Source: Clostridia bacterium (GTDB taxonomy: Bacteria; Bacillota; Clostridia; UMGS1840). Taken from it: DNA of 64,000 nucleotides. The translations under genes and the position numbers were made by a program. The stretch spans positions 192 to 64,191 of the forward strand of contig JAGBEY010000016.1 of the NCBI GenBank assembly GCA_017936745.1, read 5' to 3'. The notes below the pieces were generated by a model. The model saw only the letters and a program-made list of their open reading frames with translations. It was not told the DNA's origin and did not search any database. Below, piece by piece: positions 39,230-48,984 of this stretch (the stretch's first letter is position 1; every line of letters begins with the position of its first letter).

Positions 39230-40609
39230 TTACGATAAAGGTCTTATTTTTTTGTTCCAGATATACTGCATAAAGATAACCGACAACAACAGAGAAATCA
39301 CTTCTGCCAGAGGAAATGACCACCATACGGCATCCAATCCGAAAAAGTAGGACAACAAAAATGCTGACGGCACTAACACAACCAGCTGTCTGCCCAGGGA
39401 GACCAGCAAGCTGTATACACTGCTCCCAACTGCCTGGAAGAAGGAAAGGAAAATAATACAAACACCGGCAAACAAATAGTGCAGGCTGATAATACGAAGT
39501 GCAGAAAGCCCCATAACATACATATCCGCAGAGGCATTAAACATTCTGAGAAGTCCCCCCGGAAACAGATGAAATATCGCAAGCCCCAAAAACATAATAC
39601 CACAGGCAATATAGCAGCTCAAACGAACCGTTGCCTTGATTCGTTCCTTATTCTTTGCACCGTAATTGTATGCAATAATCGGTACCATACCGTTATTCAA
39701 CCCGGAAACGGGCATAATCAGAAAGCTTTGCAGTTTAAAGTACACACCAAATACAGCAACCGCTGCCGCAGAATACTGAATGAGAATTTTATTCATACAT
39801 AAATTCATGACAGAACCAATAGACATCAGTAAAATAGACGGTACTGCAATAGCATAAATTGCTCCAACGGTTTTTCTGTCGGGTCGGTATTTCATAATTG
39901 AGATGGTTAATTCCTTATTATAACGGATATTCATGAAAATACCAATCCCCATAGACACAAACTGTCCCATAACAGTTGCCAGTGCTGCTCCGGCAACCCC
40001 CATTTTCGGGAAGCCGAAATATCCGAAAATAAGAATAGGGTCGAAAATCAGATTGACAATTGCTCCGGATAGCTGCACCAGCATAGAAAGAAAGGATTTA
40101 CCTGTTGACTGAAGCAATCTCTCCATAGTAATCTGCATAAAAATTCCAAGAGAACCAATGCAAATAACCTTCATATATTCCACACAATACTTCACAATTT
40201 CTGTATCTTTTGTTTGGAAATTGGCATAAGCATCCACTCCAAATATTCCAAACAAGAAGAATGCCAAAAAGCTGAAAAACCCAAGATAAATTCCGGTATT
40301 TCCAATTTGATTTGCTTTCTCGAAATTCTTTTCGCCCAGACTTTTGGAAAGCAGTGCATTGATACCGACTCCGGTCCCCGCTCCCACTGCAATCATCAGA
40401 TTTTGCACAGGAAAGGCAAGGCTGACTGCCGTGAAGGCTTTGTTATATTCATCCACCTGCGATACGAAAATGCTGTCAACAATGTTATAAAGTGCTTGCA
40501 CTAACATTGAAATAATGATAGGAAGCGACATCGTAATTAGTAATTTAGGTATGGGCATTACGCCCATTTTATTTTCTGCACGATTGTGCTCGGTCAGAGT
40601 TTCTGCCAT
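39230..40609 (-). CDS. MATE family efflux transporter
   Basis: 459 aa and 12 TM helices. The N-terminal MGVMPIPKLLITMSLPIIISMLVQALYNIVDSIFV is typical of MATE proteins. Confidence 0.85.
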   Translation of the reverse strand: MAETLTEHNRAENKMGVMPIPKLLITMSLPIIISMLVQALYNIVDSIFVSQVDEYNKAFTAVSLAFPVQNLMIAVGAGTGVGINALLSKSLGEKNFEKANQIGNTGIYLGFFSFLAFFLFGIFGVDAYANFQTKDTEIVKYCVEYMKVICIGSLGIFMQITMERLLQSTGKSFLSMLVQLSGAIVNLIFDPILIFGYFGFPKMGVAGAALATVMGQFVSMGIGIFMNIRYNKELTISIMKYRPDRKTVGAIYAIAVPSILLMSIGSVMNLCMNKILIQYSAAAVAVFGVYFKLQSFLIMPVSGLNNGMVPIIAYNYGAKNKERIKATVRLSCYIACGIMFLGLAIFHLFPGGLLRMFNASADMYVMGLSALRIISLHYLFAGVCIIFLSFFQAVGSSVYSLLVSLGRQLVVLVPSAFLLSYFFGLDAVWWSFPLAEVISLLLSVIFMQYIWNKKIRPLS

Positions 40610-40704
40610 AGTGTATCCCTCCGTTTTTTGTTTCGCAACAAAAAGAGATTATAACACACTATCGAAGAAAAGTCAATTTTTTACAACATTTTTCTTAGAA
40701 AAAA

Positions 40705-41397
40705 TCAAGAAACCCCTTGCACTCCTGCAACAATTGCTCCAACCAATGCATCCTGATAGGATTCATCCATCAATTTTTTTGCATCCTCCTCGTTAGACAA
40801 AAAGCCACATTCTACCAGCACTCCCGGTACTTCCAATTTCCGGAAAGTCAAATTTGGATTGGGCAAGGGCTTTTGCACCCGATGATTCTCCGTATCCAAT
40901 TTTCTTAGCTCCGACATAATGCTTTTTGCATATTGCTCTCCTATCTTATCTGAGGACTTATAAAACACTTGCCCTCCCTTTACTTCGGGACTTTCAAATT
41001 TATTCATATGAATACTGAGAAACAGCCCTGCATTTTGATGATTGGCAACAGCAGCACGATTTTTCAGGTCGGAATTTTTTTGTTCCCGTACTGTTTGTTT
41101 ATCCTCGTCGTGTAAAGAAACATCCTCTGTTCTGGTCATAACCACCTGATATCCCTTTGCAACCAATGCCTGCTCCAGCTTTTTGGCAACTGCTAAATTC
41201 AAATCTTTTTCCAATGTCTGCAGCACTCCCACGCCTCCGCCGTCCATTCCTCCGTGACCTGCATCCACAACAATCAGCTTTGCATTTAATTCCACGGGTT
41301 GAGAAGCAAAATTGAGAAACGCACTCATAAGCGTCACACTCATTGCAACTCCGGAAAGCAGCATGATAAGAACCTTGCGGCGAAACACCATAAACAT
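40705..41397 (-). CDS. cwlD: N-acetylmuramoyl-L-alanine amidase, CwlD type (germination-specific)
   Basis: N-terminal TM helix. Motifs VVDAGHGGMDGGGVG, EKDLNLAVAKKL, MTRTED and SIHMNKF. ATG 41397 follows AAGGTGG. Confidence 0.85.
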   Translation of the reverse strand: MFMVFRRKVLIMLLSGVAMSVTLMSAFLNFASQPVELNAKLIVVDAGHGGMDGGGVGVLQTLEKDLNLAVAKKLEQALVAKGYQVVMTRTEDVSLHDEDKQTVREQKNSDLKNRAAVANHQNAGLFLSIHMNKFESPEVKGGQVFYKSSDKIGEQYAKSIMSELRKLDTENHRVQKPLPNPNLTFRKLEVPGVLVECGFLSNEEDAKKLMDESYQDALVGAIVAGVQGVS

Positions 41398-41462
41398 AAA
41401 AATCCCACCTTTTTTCTTGATAATACAATATATCAAGCAGGTGGGATTTCTATTCCATTTTC

Positions 41463-42092
41463 TCAAAGCTTACGGCAAACCTGAATTTCTTTGTTCACCA
41501 ATGGCTCAAATTCGTCTGCATCCTCCGGTTTCCCCACTAAGGTTCCGTAGTGAGTGGGAATCACTGCTTTGGGCTTCAGTCCGTTGACAAGCTCTGCTGC
41601 CTCAGAAGCATTCATAGTATAGGTTCCGCCGATGGGAAGCAGTGCAATATCACATAGGACTGCTCTTGCTTCCTCTGTAACATCTGTATCGCCTGCCACA
41701 TAAACGGTTGTGCCGTTCACGTTCACCACATAACCCAGCCATCCGTTTTCTTTGGGATGCATAGGCTTATTGGTATTGTATGACGGGACTGCCTGCACCG
41801 GATATCCAAAAACAGATGTGATATCATTTGGACTAAGCCACAGTACACGGCTTTTAGACTTAAGAAGCTTTTCTTCCTCCCCTTTCATACTTTGGGGCAT
41901 TACAAAAAGCGTGGTTTCTTTTTGCAATTTCACAATATCCTCCGGGGAAAAGTGGTCGTAGTGTGCATGTGTGATAAAAATAATATCCGCATCGTGCGTT
42001 TCGTTTGTAATGCGGTAGGGGTCAAAATAAATGATATGATTTCCGTCAATGCGAATGCTGCTATGTTCGTTTATGGTAATATTTGAAAGCAT
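41463..42092 (-). CDS. MBL-fold metallo-hydrolase
   Basis: ITHAHYDHF (HxHxDH) motif. 209 aa. It starts 3 nt after the stop of the upstream GTPase-NYN gene. Confidence 0.8.
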   Translation of the reverse strand: MLSNITINEHSSIRIDGNHIIYFDPYRITNETHDADIIFITHAHYDHFSPEDIVKLQKETTLFVMPQSMKGEEEKLLKSKSRVLWLSPNDITSVFGYPVQAVPSYNTNKPMHPKENGWLGYVVNVNGTTVYVAGDTDVTEEARAVLCDIALLPIGGTYTMNASEAAELVNGLKPKAVIPTHYGTLVGKPEDADEFEPLVNKEIQVCRKL

Positions 42093-42094
42093 CG

Positions 42095-44665
42095 CTATTC
42101 TCCTTTCGGGATGTTTTCCAGTAAATCACGGATGCTTTGTTCTGCTTCTTCCACTTCCTTCAAAAAATGTTCTGCAGATATCCTCAGTGCCCCGTGCCCT
42201 AATATAATAAGCTGTTCTAAATTGTCCGAAGTTGCTACCCGTACCCGGTGATGCTTGCCAAGCTGCTTGGTCACTTTTTCAATATACATATCAGCCGTTT
42301 CTGCCTCTTTGGTATACACCACGCTGATATTATGAACTTTTTCCACCTCACCGGGATTATTTTTCACCTTATAGGCATCAAACACCAGTATCAATTCACA
42401 TTGAGAAAAGCCCTGATAATTGCACAACCGGTCAATGAGATGCTCTCTGGCAATGGCAGGACTTTCTGCCACCAGCTTTTTCAAATCCTCCCAGGCAAAA
42501 ATGATGTTGTAACCGTCTACCAAAAGATATTCAGGGCCTTCGGGAATGGGCTTCGCCGGTTTTGGTTTATACTCTTTTTCCACCTTTTTTGCACGGGGAC
42601 GAAATGCATCATACTCCCGACGGCGGATAGGCCCGTAGGTTCTCTCAAATACTGCCAGCAATTCTTCATCGTCATACACACGTTCCAGGTATCGTCTGGC
42701 TTGTTGGACAGGTTTTTTTGGTATTTCTTCTTTGGAAAAAGCACTCTCCAAGTGCATATATTTGGGAACATCGTTCCACTTAACCGTAAAGCCTGCTCCG
42801 TGAGAACAAAAAACAGAATCAGGCGTATTATCCAAATCCTGCTCAGGCTGATAGCCCATCTCAGCAATGACACTTTCCGCTTCCTCACAGGGAGAATATC
42901 CCGCTACCCGACAGCTTAACCGCCCCAGCCCGTGGGTATATCGAACAACCTCCATCTGATAGTCCCGCATTTTGGATACGGGAGCAGTTCCCGTAAGCAC
43001 CGTATTTTCTCCCTGCATTCCTTTTTGTTCAAAGGTGCCTCCCATCTGCCCGATGTCGGTCATCGCTCTGCCCACGGCATCTGAGGGAAGCTCCAACTCA
43101 AACTCATACCAAGGCTCTAACAGCTGACTTTTTGCACACATCAACCCCTGACGAACGGCACGATAGGTTGCCTGGCGGAAGTCACCGCCCTCTGTATGCT
43201 TTATGTGTGCTTTCCCTGCAATCAGAGAAATTTTTATATCAGTGATAGGTGAACCGGTCAACACACCAAGATGATTTTTTTCCGCTAAATGGGTTAAAAT
43301 CAGCCGTTGCCAGTTTTTATCCAGCTTGTCCTCAGGAAGGTTGGTGGTATACACCATCCCGCTTCCTTGGGGCAGAGGCTCTAACAACAAATGTACCTCG
43401 GCATAATGGCGCAAGGGTTCATAATGCCCTACCCCTTCTACCGCCTCCAAAATGGTTTCCTTGTAGGAGATACTGCCGTGACTGAAAGAAATTTCCATCC
43501 CAAAGCGCTCTTTGGCAATTCGTTTTAAAACCTCCAGCTGCACTTCCCCCATCAGCTGAACATGAATCTCTTTTAGTTGTTCATTCCAATATAAATGCAG
43601 ACACGGATCTTCCGCTTCCAGCTGACGAAGCTTTCCCAAAGCAACCGAAACGTCGGTGCTGTCACAAAGCTCCACCTTATAATTCAAAACCGGCTCAGTA
43701 TACAATTCTGTGCCGTCTGGCTCTACACCGAAGCCGTCCCCCACCCGGGAATTGGAAAGACCGGTAACGGCACAGACGGTTCCGGCATACACTTCCTCTG
43801 CTGTTTCGTAGCCTGCACCGGAATAAATCCGAATCTGATTGATTTTTTCACTCCATACTTCCGTCTCGTTCCTGATTTTTCGAAGCAAGGATTTCACTTT
43901 CAGGCTACCACCCGTAATTTTCAGGTAGGTCAGGCGGTTGCCCTGCTCATCCTCCGCAATTTTAAATGCTTTTGCACCAAATTTCTGCAAACGCTCCGGT
44001 TCTTTTGCATAGGTTAAGATTCCATTCACCAATGTATCAATTCCCACAGTTTTTAATGCAGAACCAAAAAAGCAAGGATATAGCTTTCTTTTTTTGATTG
44101 CCCGGGAAATACTTGGTTCGCAAACCGAACCATTTTCCAAATATTCCTCCATCAAGCTTTCGTCACAAAGTGCAATTTCTTCCATATCGGGAGACGCGGA
44201 AAAATCCACACAGGAAGTATCCAGTTTTTCTTTCAGCTGTTGCAATACTGTTTCTTTATCCGCACCCTCCAAATCCATTTTATTCACAAACAAAAAGGTG
44301 GGAATGTTGTACTGATGAAGTAGTTTCCACAAGGTGATTGTATGGCTTTGCACTCCGTCTGTCCCGCTGATGACCAAAATTGCGTAATCCAGCACACTGA
44401 GTGTTCGCTCCATTTCAGTGGAAAAATCAACATGACCGGGCGTGTCCAGCAAGGTGATAATCGTGTCGTCATATTTTAAGATGGCTTGCTTGGAAAAAAT
44501 GGTAATACCACGATCTTTTTCGATAGAATGGGTATCCAAAAAAGCGTCTTTATGGTCAACACGCCCCAATTTCCGGATTTGCCCCGCATGATATAACAGC
44601 CCCTCGGATAAGGTGGTTTTTCCCGAATCCACATGAGCTAAAATGCCAAATACCAATCTTTGCAT
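42095..44665 (-). CDS. TetM/EF-G-family translational GTPase fused to a C-terminal YacP/Rae1-like NYN nuclease domain
   Basis: G motifs AHVDSGKT, DTPGH and NKMD, with collinearity to TetM/TetO over about 640 aa. A K/R/E-rich linker follows. The last 145 aa (42098-42532) read EYLLVDGYNIIF...LVFDAYKV...VVYTKEAETADMYIE...VATSDNLEQLIILGHGA, which are the YacP NYN hallmarks. Confidence 0.8.
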   Translation of the reverse strand: MQRLVFGILAHVDSGKTTLSEGLLYHAGQIRKLGRVDHKDAFLDTHSIEKDRGITIFSKQAILKYDDTIITLLDTPGHVDFSTEMERTLSVLDYAILVISGTDGVQSHTITLWKLLHQYNIPTFLFVNKMDLEGADKETVLQQLKEKLDTSCVDFSASPDMEEIALCDESLMEEYLENGSVCEPSISRAIKKRKLYPCFFGSALKTVGIDTLVNGILTYAKEPERLQKFGAKAFKIAEDEQGNRLTYLKITGGSLKVKSLLRKIRNETEVWSEKINQIRIYSGAGYETAEEVYAGTVCAVTGLSNSRVGDGFGVEPDGTELYTEPVLNYKVELCDSTDVSVALGKLRQLEAEDPCLHLYWNEQLKEIHVQLMGEVQLEVLKRIAKERFGMEISFSHGSISYKETILEAVEGVGHYEPLRHYAEVHLLLEPLPQGSGMVYTTNLPEDKLDKNWQRLILTHLAEKNHLGVLTGSPITDIKISLIAGKAHIKHTEGGDFRQATYRAVRQGLMCAKSQLLEPWYEFELELPSDAVGRAMTDIGQMGGTFEQKGMQGENTVLTGTAPVSKMRDYQMEVVRYTHGLGRLSCRVAGYSPCEEAESVIAEMGYQPEQDLDNTPDSVFCSHGAGFTVKWNDVPKYMHLESAFSKEEIPKKPVQQARRYLERVYDDEELLAVFERTYGPIRRREYDAFRPRAKKVEKEYKPKPAKPIPEGPEYLLVDGYNIIFAWEDLKKLVAESPAIAREHLIDRLCNYQGFSQCELILVFDAYKVKNNPGEVEKVHNISVVYTKEAETADMYIEKVTKQLGKHHRVRVATSDNLEQLIILGHGALRISAEHFLKEVEEAEQSIRDLLENIPKGE

Positions 44666-44726
44666 TTTTCAATCTCCATCTTATTTCTTGTTTGTTATTA
44701 TACTAAAAAACAGTGGTTCTGTCAAT

Positions 44727-44769
44727 AAAAAAAGAATGGAAACCGATATTCGGCTTTCCATTCTTTTTG
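44727..44769 (-). terminator. Terminator after the 44777-45343 gene
   Basis: agaatggaaa / tttccattct outer stem with an inner ccga-tat-tcgg. On the minus strand a T7 run follows it. Confidence 0.75.
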
Positions 44770-44776
44770 TTTTCGC

Positions 44777-45343
44777 TCAGGATACTTTTACACAATAAAC
44801 AACTGTTCCCTGTGGGTATTCCACCGTAATTTCCAAAATATGCTCCTTTCCGTTGCTCTCAGGAACACAAACCGAAGAATCCGTATAGGGAATGTGAGTT
44901 TTCATCATATCGTAAGGATCTAAACGAAACCATCTTGTCCTTACGATTTTTCCATATGTATTATCTATAAAATACTCCTGATAAACCGCTTCAGTCTCTC
45001 CGGTTTTCAAAACATTTTCCTCTGCATACTCTCTGTTATTATGAGAAGGGTAATCTGACATCATAGTCTGATTACCATAGCTCCAGTCATTGGTACTGGT
45101 AAGGCAGGTAGCCTGTACGATTCCCTCTTTGTCTTTCAGACCAAGAACCGGTGGTTCCGTCAAGCTTTGCGATACCCCTTCCGGTTCTTCGGAAATAACC
45201 GGCGGAGCATACGGATATCCCCAGGTAGAAAAGATAACCGGTTTATTTTCATGCATCCGATATCTGTCAATGCCAAACATTCCACCCGTTACCACCAGAC
45301 AAAGCATCACAATGACTCCCAAAACAAATATTCTTTTTTTCAT
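44777..45343 (-). CDS. Hypothetical membrane-anchored extracytoplasmic protein
   Basis: N-terminal TM helix or signal anchor MKKRIFVLGVIVMLCLVVTGGMF. No motif recognised. Confidence 0.5.
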   Translation of the reverse strand: MKKRIFVLGVIVMLCLVVTGGMFGIDRYRMHENKPVIFSTWGYPYAPPVISEEPEGVSQSLTEPPVLGLKDKEGIVQATCLTSTNDWSYGNQTMMSDYPSHNNREYAEENVLKTGETEAVYQEYFIDNTYGKIVRTRWFRLDPYDMMKTHIPYTDSSVCVPESNGKEHILEITVEYPQGTVVYCVKVS

Positions 45344-45441
45344 TTGGTTTCCACCGCCTTTCTTGTGATTAGACAGTTTTTGGTAATAAAATGTTCCTCA
45401 CGAAAAAGAGAAGCCTTCGAAGAAAGGCTTCTCTTTTCTCT

Positions 45442-46866
45442 CTATAAATTATAATACTTTTCAAATTCTGCCGGATGAGGAATTTTAGATAATTCCCGAA
45501 CTTCTTCCCGTTTGGATTTGATGAAGTTTGCCAAAAGCTCTTCCGGGAACACTCCGCCTGCGGTTAAATAGTCGTGGTCTTGCTCCAACGCATCCAGCGC
45601 TTCCTCTAAAGAGGTTGGCAAATGCTTCAGCTTCGCTTTTTCTTCCTCAGGCAGATGGAACAAATTCATATCGTAAGGACCCCAGCCGTTTTCGTGAGGG
45701 TCAATCTGATTTTTAATACCGTCAATCCCAGCCATTAAGATTGCCGCATAACAGAAATACGGATTACAGGTTGCATCCGGGTTGCGAAGCTCAAAACGGC
45801 GCAGTTTTGGCTCTTTTGCATAAGCAGGAATCCGGATAACTGCACTGCGGTTTGAGGTGGCATAGCCAACGGTAACAGGAGCTTCAAAGCCCGGCACTAA
45901 CCGCTTAAAGGAGTTGGTGCTGGGGTTGGTGATAGCACATAACGATGCGATATGTTTTAAGAGACCGCCCATAAACCAATGCGCCTCTTTACTCAGATTA
46001 GAATAACCGTTATCATCAGAAAATACGGGTTCGCAGTCTTTTAACAAAAGCATATGCACGTGCATCCCGTTCCCTGCTTCTCCCATAATGGGCTTGGGCA
46101 TAAAGGTAGCAGACAAGCCATATTTTTTTGCGGTGTTATGAATAATGTACTTAATCATCATGGTAGCATCAGCCATTTCGGACATTTTGCCAAGCTCGGG
46201 TTCGATTTCAAACTGACCGCCTGCTCCCACCTCGGGATGATGATAATTCAACTTGATACCTGCATCCTCCATGAGCAGGCACATTTCACTTCTTGCTTCG
46301 TAAGAGGTATCAAAAGGTTTTGCAATATGATAATTCTTCTGTTTGGGAACTACATTTCCAAGCCCCTCGCTGTAGCTGTTCCAGTGTGCCTGCTGGGCAT
46401 CTACAGAAAATCCGACAGAATTTGCAGAAACTTCCCAGCCCGCCTGATTAAACAGATAAAATTCAAATTCAGGCAGAATCAACATGGTATCTGCAATGCA
46501 ACTGTCTTTTAAGTACTGCTCTGCCGCTTTCACAATATTTCTGGGATACTGTGCCAGAGGTCTGTTTTGCGGAGAGTCGATAATCATAGCATTCCCCGTC
46601 ATAGAGAGTGTGGGAATTTCACAAAACGGGTCAATGAGTGCAGTATCCGGGTCAGGAATAAACACCATATCACTTTTTTCCACCACAGCATAGCCGTAGT
46701 TAGAGGCGTCAAAACCAATCCCGTTTTTCATAGTTTTTTCCGAAAAATTCTTAGCAGGAATGGTTACATGGCGGAACTGTCCGTTCACATCCACCATTTT
46801 AAAGTCCACCATCTTGATGTCATTTTCTTTGATGAGTTGCAAAATGTCTTGCACTGTTTTTTTCAT
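45442..46866 (-). CDS. glnA: Glutamine synthetase, type I
   Basis: FMPKPIMGEAGNGMHVHM, NPSTNSFKRLVPGFEAP and RIPAYAKEPKLRRFELRNPD motifs. Confidence 0.93.
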   Translation of the reverse strand: MKKTVQDILQLIKENDIKMVDFKMVDVNGQFRHVTIPAKNFSEKTMKNGIGFDASNYGYAVVEKSDMVFIPDPDTALIDPFCEIPTLSMTGNAMIIDSPQNRPLAQYPRNIVKAAEQYLKDSCIADTMLILPEFEFYLFNQAGWEVSANSVGFSVDAQQAHWNSYSEGLGNVVPKQKNYHIAKPFDTSYEARSEMCLLMEDAGIKLNYHHPEVGAGGQFEIEPELGKMSEMADATMMIKYIIHNTAKKYGLSATFMPKPIMGEAGNGMHVHMLLLKDCEPVFSDDNGYSNLSKEAHWFMGGLLKHIASLCAITNPSTNSFKRLVPGFEAPVTVGYATSNRSAVIRIPAYAKEPKLRRFELRNPDATCNPYFCYAAILMAGIDGIKNQIDPHENGWGPYDMNLFHLPEEEKAKLKHLPTSLEEALDALEQDHDYLTAGGVFPEELLANFIKSKREEVRELSKIPHPAEFEKYYNL

Positions 46867-46899
46867 AAAAACAATCTCCTTTTATCTAAAATAATTATG

Positions 46900-47421
46900 C
46901 TACATTTTGTTCTGATGTTTCTGAATCAGTAGCATCAATGTGGGAATGAGTAACAGCTGAATCACGATGCCGGGAACAGCATCCAGAAATCCACCCGCCA
47001 AAAATGCACCAAAGGAAAAGGGTTTCCCTCCAAGCCCCAAAAGTAATGTTTTGGAAAGTCCCCACACAATTCTGCCCGAAATCATTGCAGTTACAAGTGA
47101 AATATATATGCTTCCCAACGTTTTTTGGGATTTTCGGTACAAGATTCCTATCACAAAGCCATAGGTGGCAAGCTCCAAAGCCATCCACACTGCATTGGGA
47201 TAAATGGGAGGCATCGAAAACAAAATGCTTCTGAAAAAGGGCAACATCAGCCCCACACCCAAACCGTACCACGGACCGCACACCAAACCGCAAAGAAGAA
47301 TCGGAAAATGCATAGGAAGAAGTGTATCCCCAATTTCTTTTATTTGTGCAGTAAACAACGGAAGTACCATTCCGATTGCCAGAAACATTGCAGAATAAAC
47401 CATTTTTTTACTGTTTTGCAT
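46900..47421 (-). CDS. ECF-transporter S component-like membrane protein
   Basis: About 173 aa and 5-6 TM helices, with the LLPMHFPILLCGLVCGPWYG pattern. ATG 47421 follows AAAGGAG. Confidence 0.65.
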   Translation of the reverse strand: MQNSKKMVYSAMFLAIGMVLPLFTAQIKEIGDTLLPMHFPILLCGLVCGPWYGLGVGLMLPFFRSILFSMPPIYPNAVWMALELATYGFVIGILYRKSQKTLGSIYISLVTAMISGRIVWGLSKTLLLGLGGKPFSFGAFLAGGFLDAVPGIVIQLLLIPTLMLLIQKHQNKM

Positions 47422-48178
47422 ATTGATCTCCTTTCTCAACCTGTTTTCTCAGCTTTCTGCAATACTGAGTACACAGCTTGTCGGTACATTCCGAGCACCG
47501 AAGTGCCATATTGCTGTTTTCCCAAAACCGTTCAGGGTACAAAAACACACAAAGCTCCCACACGAGCCAAATGGAGACAGAAAGACCCACCAGAGACCAG
47601 GAAAAGAAGCTGTTCACCGAAACAATGGGCAAAAACATCATCAGGTGGTCCCAATTAAAGATTCTGCAGGTGGTACAGCATTTGTTTTTCATAATCAGCC
47701 GGAACGGGCACCAGATTAAGACACAAATCAAATCGCAAACATAAAAGAATGTAGCAACGAGAACCATCCCCGCTGTAGTGACTATGCCCAGAATATGTAG
47801 CAGGCTGAGAACGAACGTTACCATTACCCACAAAATCATCACACGATATGCACTTGCAGTAGTTGCCTTGATATATGCTCTCAGATTTTGGTAATTCACC
47901 TTTTCTTTGATAGGGCGAAACACAGACTCAAATACTTTTTGCGAACCAATGGAAATATGTGCCTTAACAGGAATCAACTGTAAAATCATATCTACCATCC
48001 AGATTCCCCACAACAAATGAAGGGGGGAAAATGTGCGAAAAAATTTCCATCCTTCTGCAATGAAAAAGGCATCTTTCTCAAGGAAATACAAAAAAATTAC
48101 AATGATAAATACAGCAATTCTGCCAATCAGCCTTAAAAAATAAATTCCTCTTGTTTTGGAAATGGGTTCCCTCTGCAT
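47408..48178 (-). CDS. Hypothetical polytopic membrane protein with Cys-rich segments
   Basis: 256 aa. KNKCCTTCRIFNWDH lies between helices, and the C-terminal tail reads LRCSECTDKLCTQYCRKL. Confidence 0.5.
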   Translation of the reverse strand: MQREPISKTRGIYFLRLIGRIAVFIIVIFLYFLEKDAFFIAEGWKFFRTFSPLHLLWGIWMVDMILQLIPVKAHISIGSQKVFESVFRPIKEKVNYQNLRAYIKATTASAYRVMILWVMVTFVLSLLHILGIVTTAGMVLVATFFYVCDLICVLIWCPFRLIMKNKCCTTCRIFNWDHLMMFLPIVSVNSFFSWSLVGLSVSIWLVWELCVFLYPERFWENSNMALRCSECTDKLCTQYCRKLRKQVEKGDQYAKQ

Positions 48179-48358
48179 ATTCTTCTCCTTAGCGATGCTA
48201 ATTTCGGGTTTGCTTTTCCCGACACATTTTATGGTGATAAAAAATCGAATGAACGGTATATTCTTTTATTTATAATTTCTCCGGCTCTTCGAGCTACCTT
48301 CCTTTACAGAAGGGTGGCTTTTTAGTTTTTCAAAATTCGACCTTGCGACACATAAGGT

Positions 48359-48868
48359 TTAAATGCAACTTGCTTTGTCAATATAATCTTCCAAATTTTG
48401 ACTATACGGAAAGCATCGCATAAAAGAACTTACTAATTCTTTATCTTCGCTTAAAATCAAAGTCAATGAACTGTCCCAAGGCACAATTTCTATCTTTGAT
48501 AAAGGATGTTGAAGTGTTAGCGGTTTGTTCCAGAATCCTGTATATCCATTTGCATAAGGCAAATCATATTTTAAAATATCAGCTAATTCAACACTTTTAT
48601 CAAATCCTGACAACACAGCCCATATCCATTGAAAATCTTCCTGATTGACCATTTCAGTTAATTCTTCACCTGATAACCAACAATATTCTTTGTCTAATAA
48701 TTCTTTTATTTTTTGATTATTGGGATAACATTCACAATCTGTTATTAACCAGTTGTATTCTTTTTGCTTATTACCAATCGCATCAAATATTTTTTTCAAA
48801 TATGTATAATACTTTTCGCCTTTTTCGTTAATTGCTCCATAAACCACATAATCACTTCCTTTCGACAT
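48359..48868 (-). CDS. Orphan small cytoplasmic protein (cassette 1)
   Basis: The ORF reads MSKGSDYVVYGAINEKGEKYY...NWLITDCECYP...FQWIWAVLSGF... By analogy with cassette 2, the true start may be the GTG at 48847, 7 nt after AAAGGAAG. Confidence 0.55.
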   Translation of the reverse strand: MSKGSDYVVYGAINEKGEKYYTYLKKIFDAIGNKQKEYNWLITDCECYPNNQKIKELLDKEYCWLSGEELTEMVNQEDFQWIWAVLSGFDKSVELADILKYDLPYANGYTGFWNKPLTLQHPLSKIEIVPWDSSLTLILSEDKELVSSFMRCFPYSQNLEDYIDKASCI

Positions 48869-48899
48869 TTTTCGACATATCCATATAACTCGTGTCAAG
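48857..48899 (-). promoter_or_regulatory. Conserved 43-nt leader with two tandem perfect Spo0A boxes (cassette 1)
   Basis: The minus strand reads CTTGACACGAGTTATATGGATATGTCGAAAAATGTCGAAAGGA. TGTCGAA lies at 48877-48871 and 48867-48861 with a 10-bp register. The second box abuts the SD. Confidence 0.6.
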
Positions 48900-48946
48900 T
48901 CAGGAGAACGGCAAAGAATGGCACCTGCTATTCTTTCCTTTTATTC

Positions 48947-48984
48947 GGGATGTCGAGGACGCCATCCCCTACATTTCCCCTACA
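48947..48984. repeat. GC-rich hairpin plus CCCCTACA direct duplication (REP-like element)
   Basis: gggatg-tcgaggacgc-catccc (48947-48968), followed by cccctaca at 48966-48973 and 48977-48984. It is a GC-rich patch in an AT-rich spacer. Confidence 0.4.

Noticed and set aside
42095-44665. Annotating the GTPase simply as a TetM/TetO tetracycline-resistance determinant on a mobile element.
   Set aside because: No transposon or conjugation genes flank it. It sits in an operon with an MBL hydrolase upstream of cwlD. It carries an extra 215-aa linker plus NYN domain that resistance proteins lack. A resistance function cannot be inferred from the sequence alone.
48893-48898. TTGACA at the start of the conserved cassette leaders (also 49731-49736) as a -35 element.
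   Set aside because: No -10-like hexamer lies 16-18 nt downstream in either copy (tcgaaa or gtcgaa). The conserved 43-mer may instead be leader RNA, an operator or a recombination site. The promoter assignment is left open.
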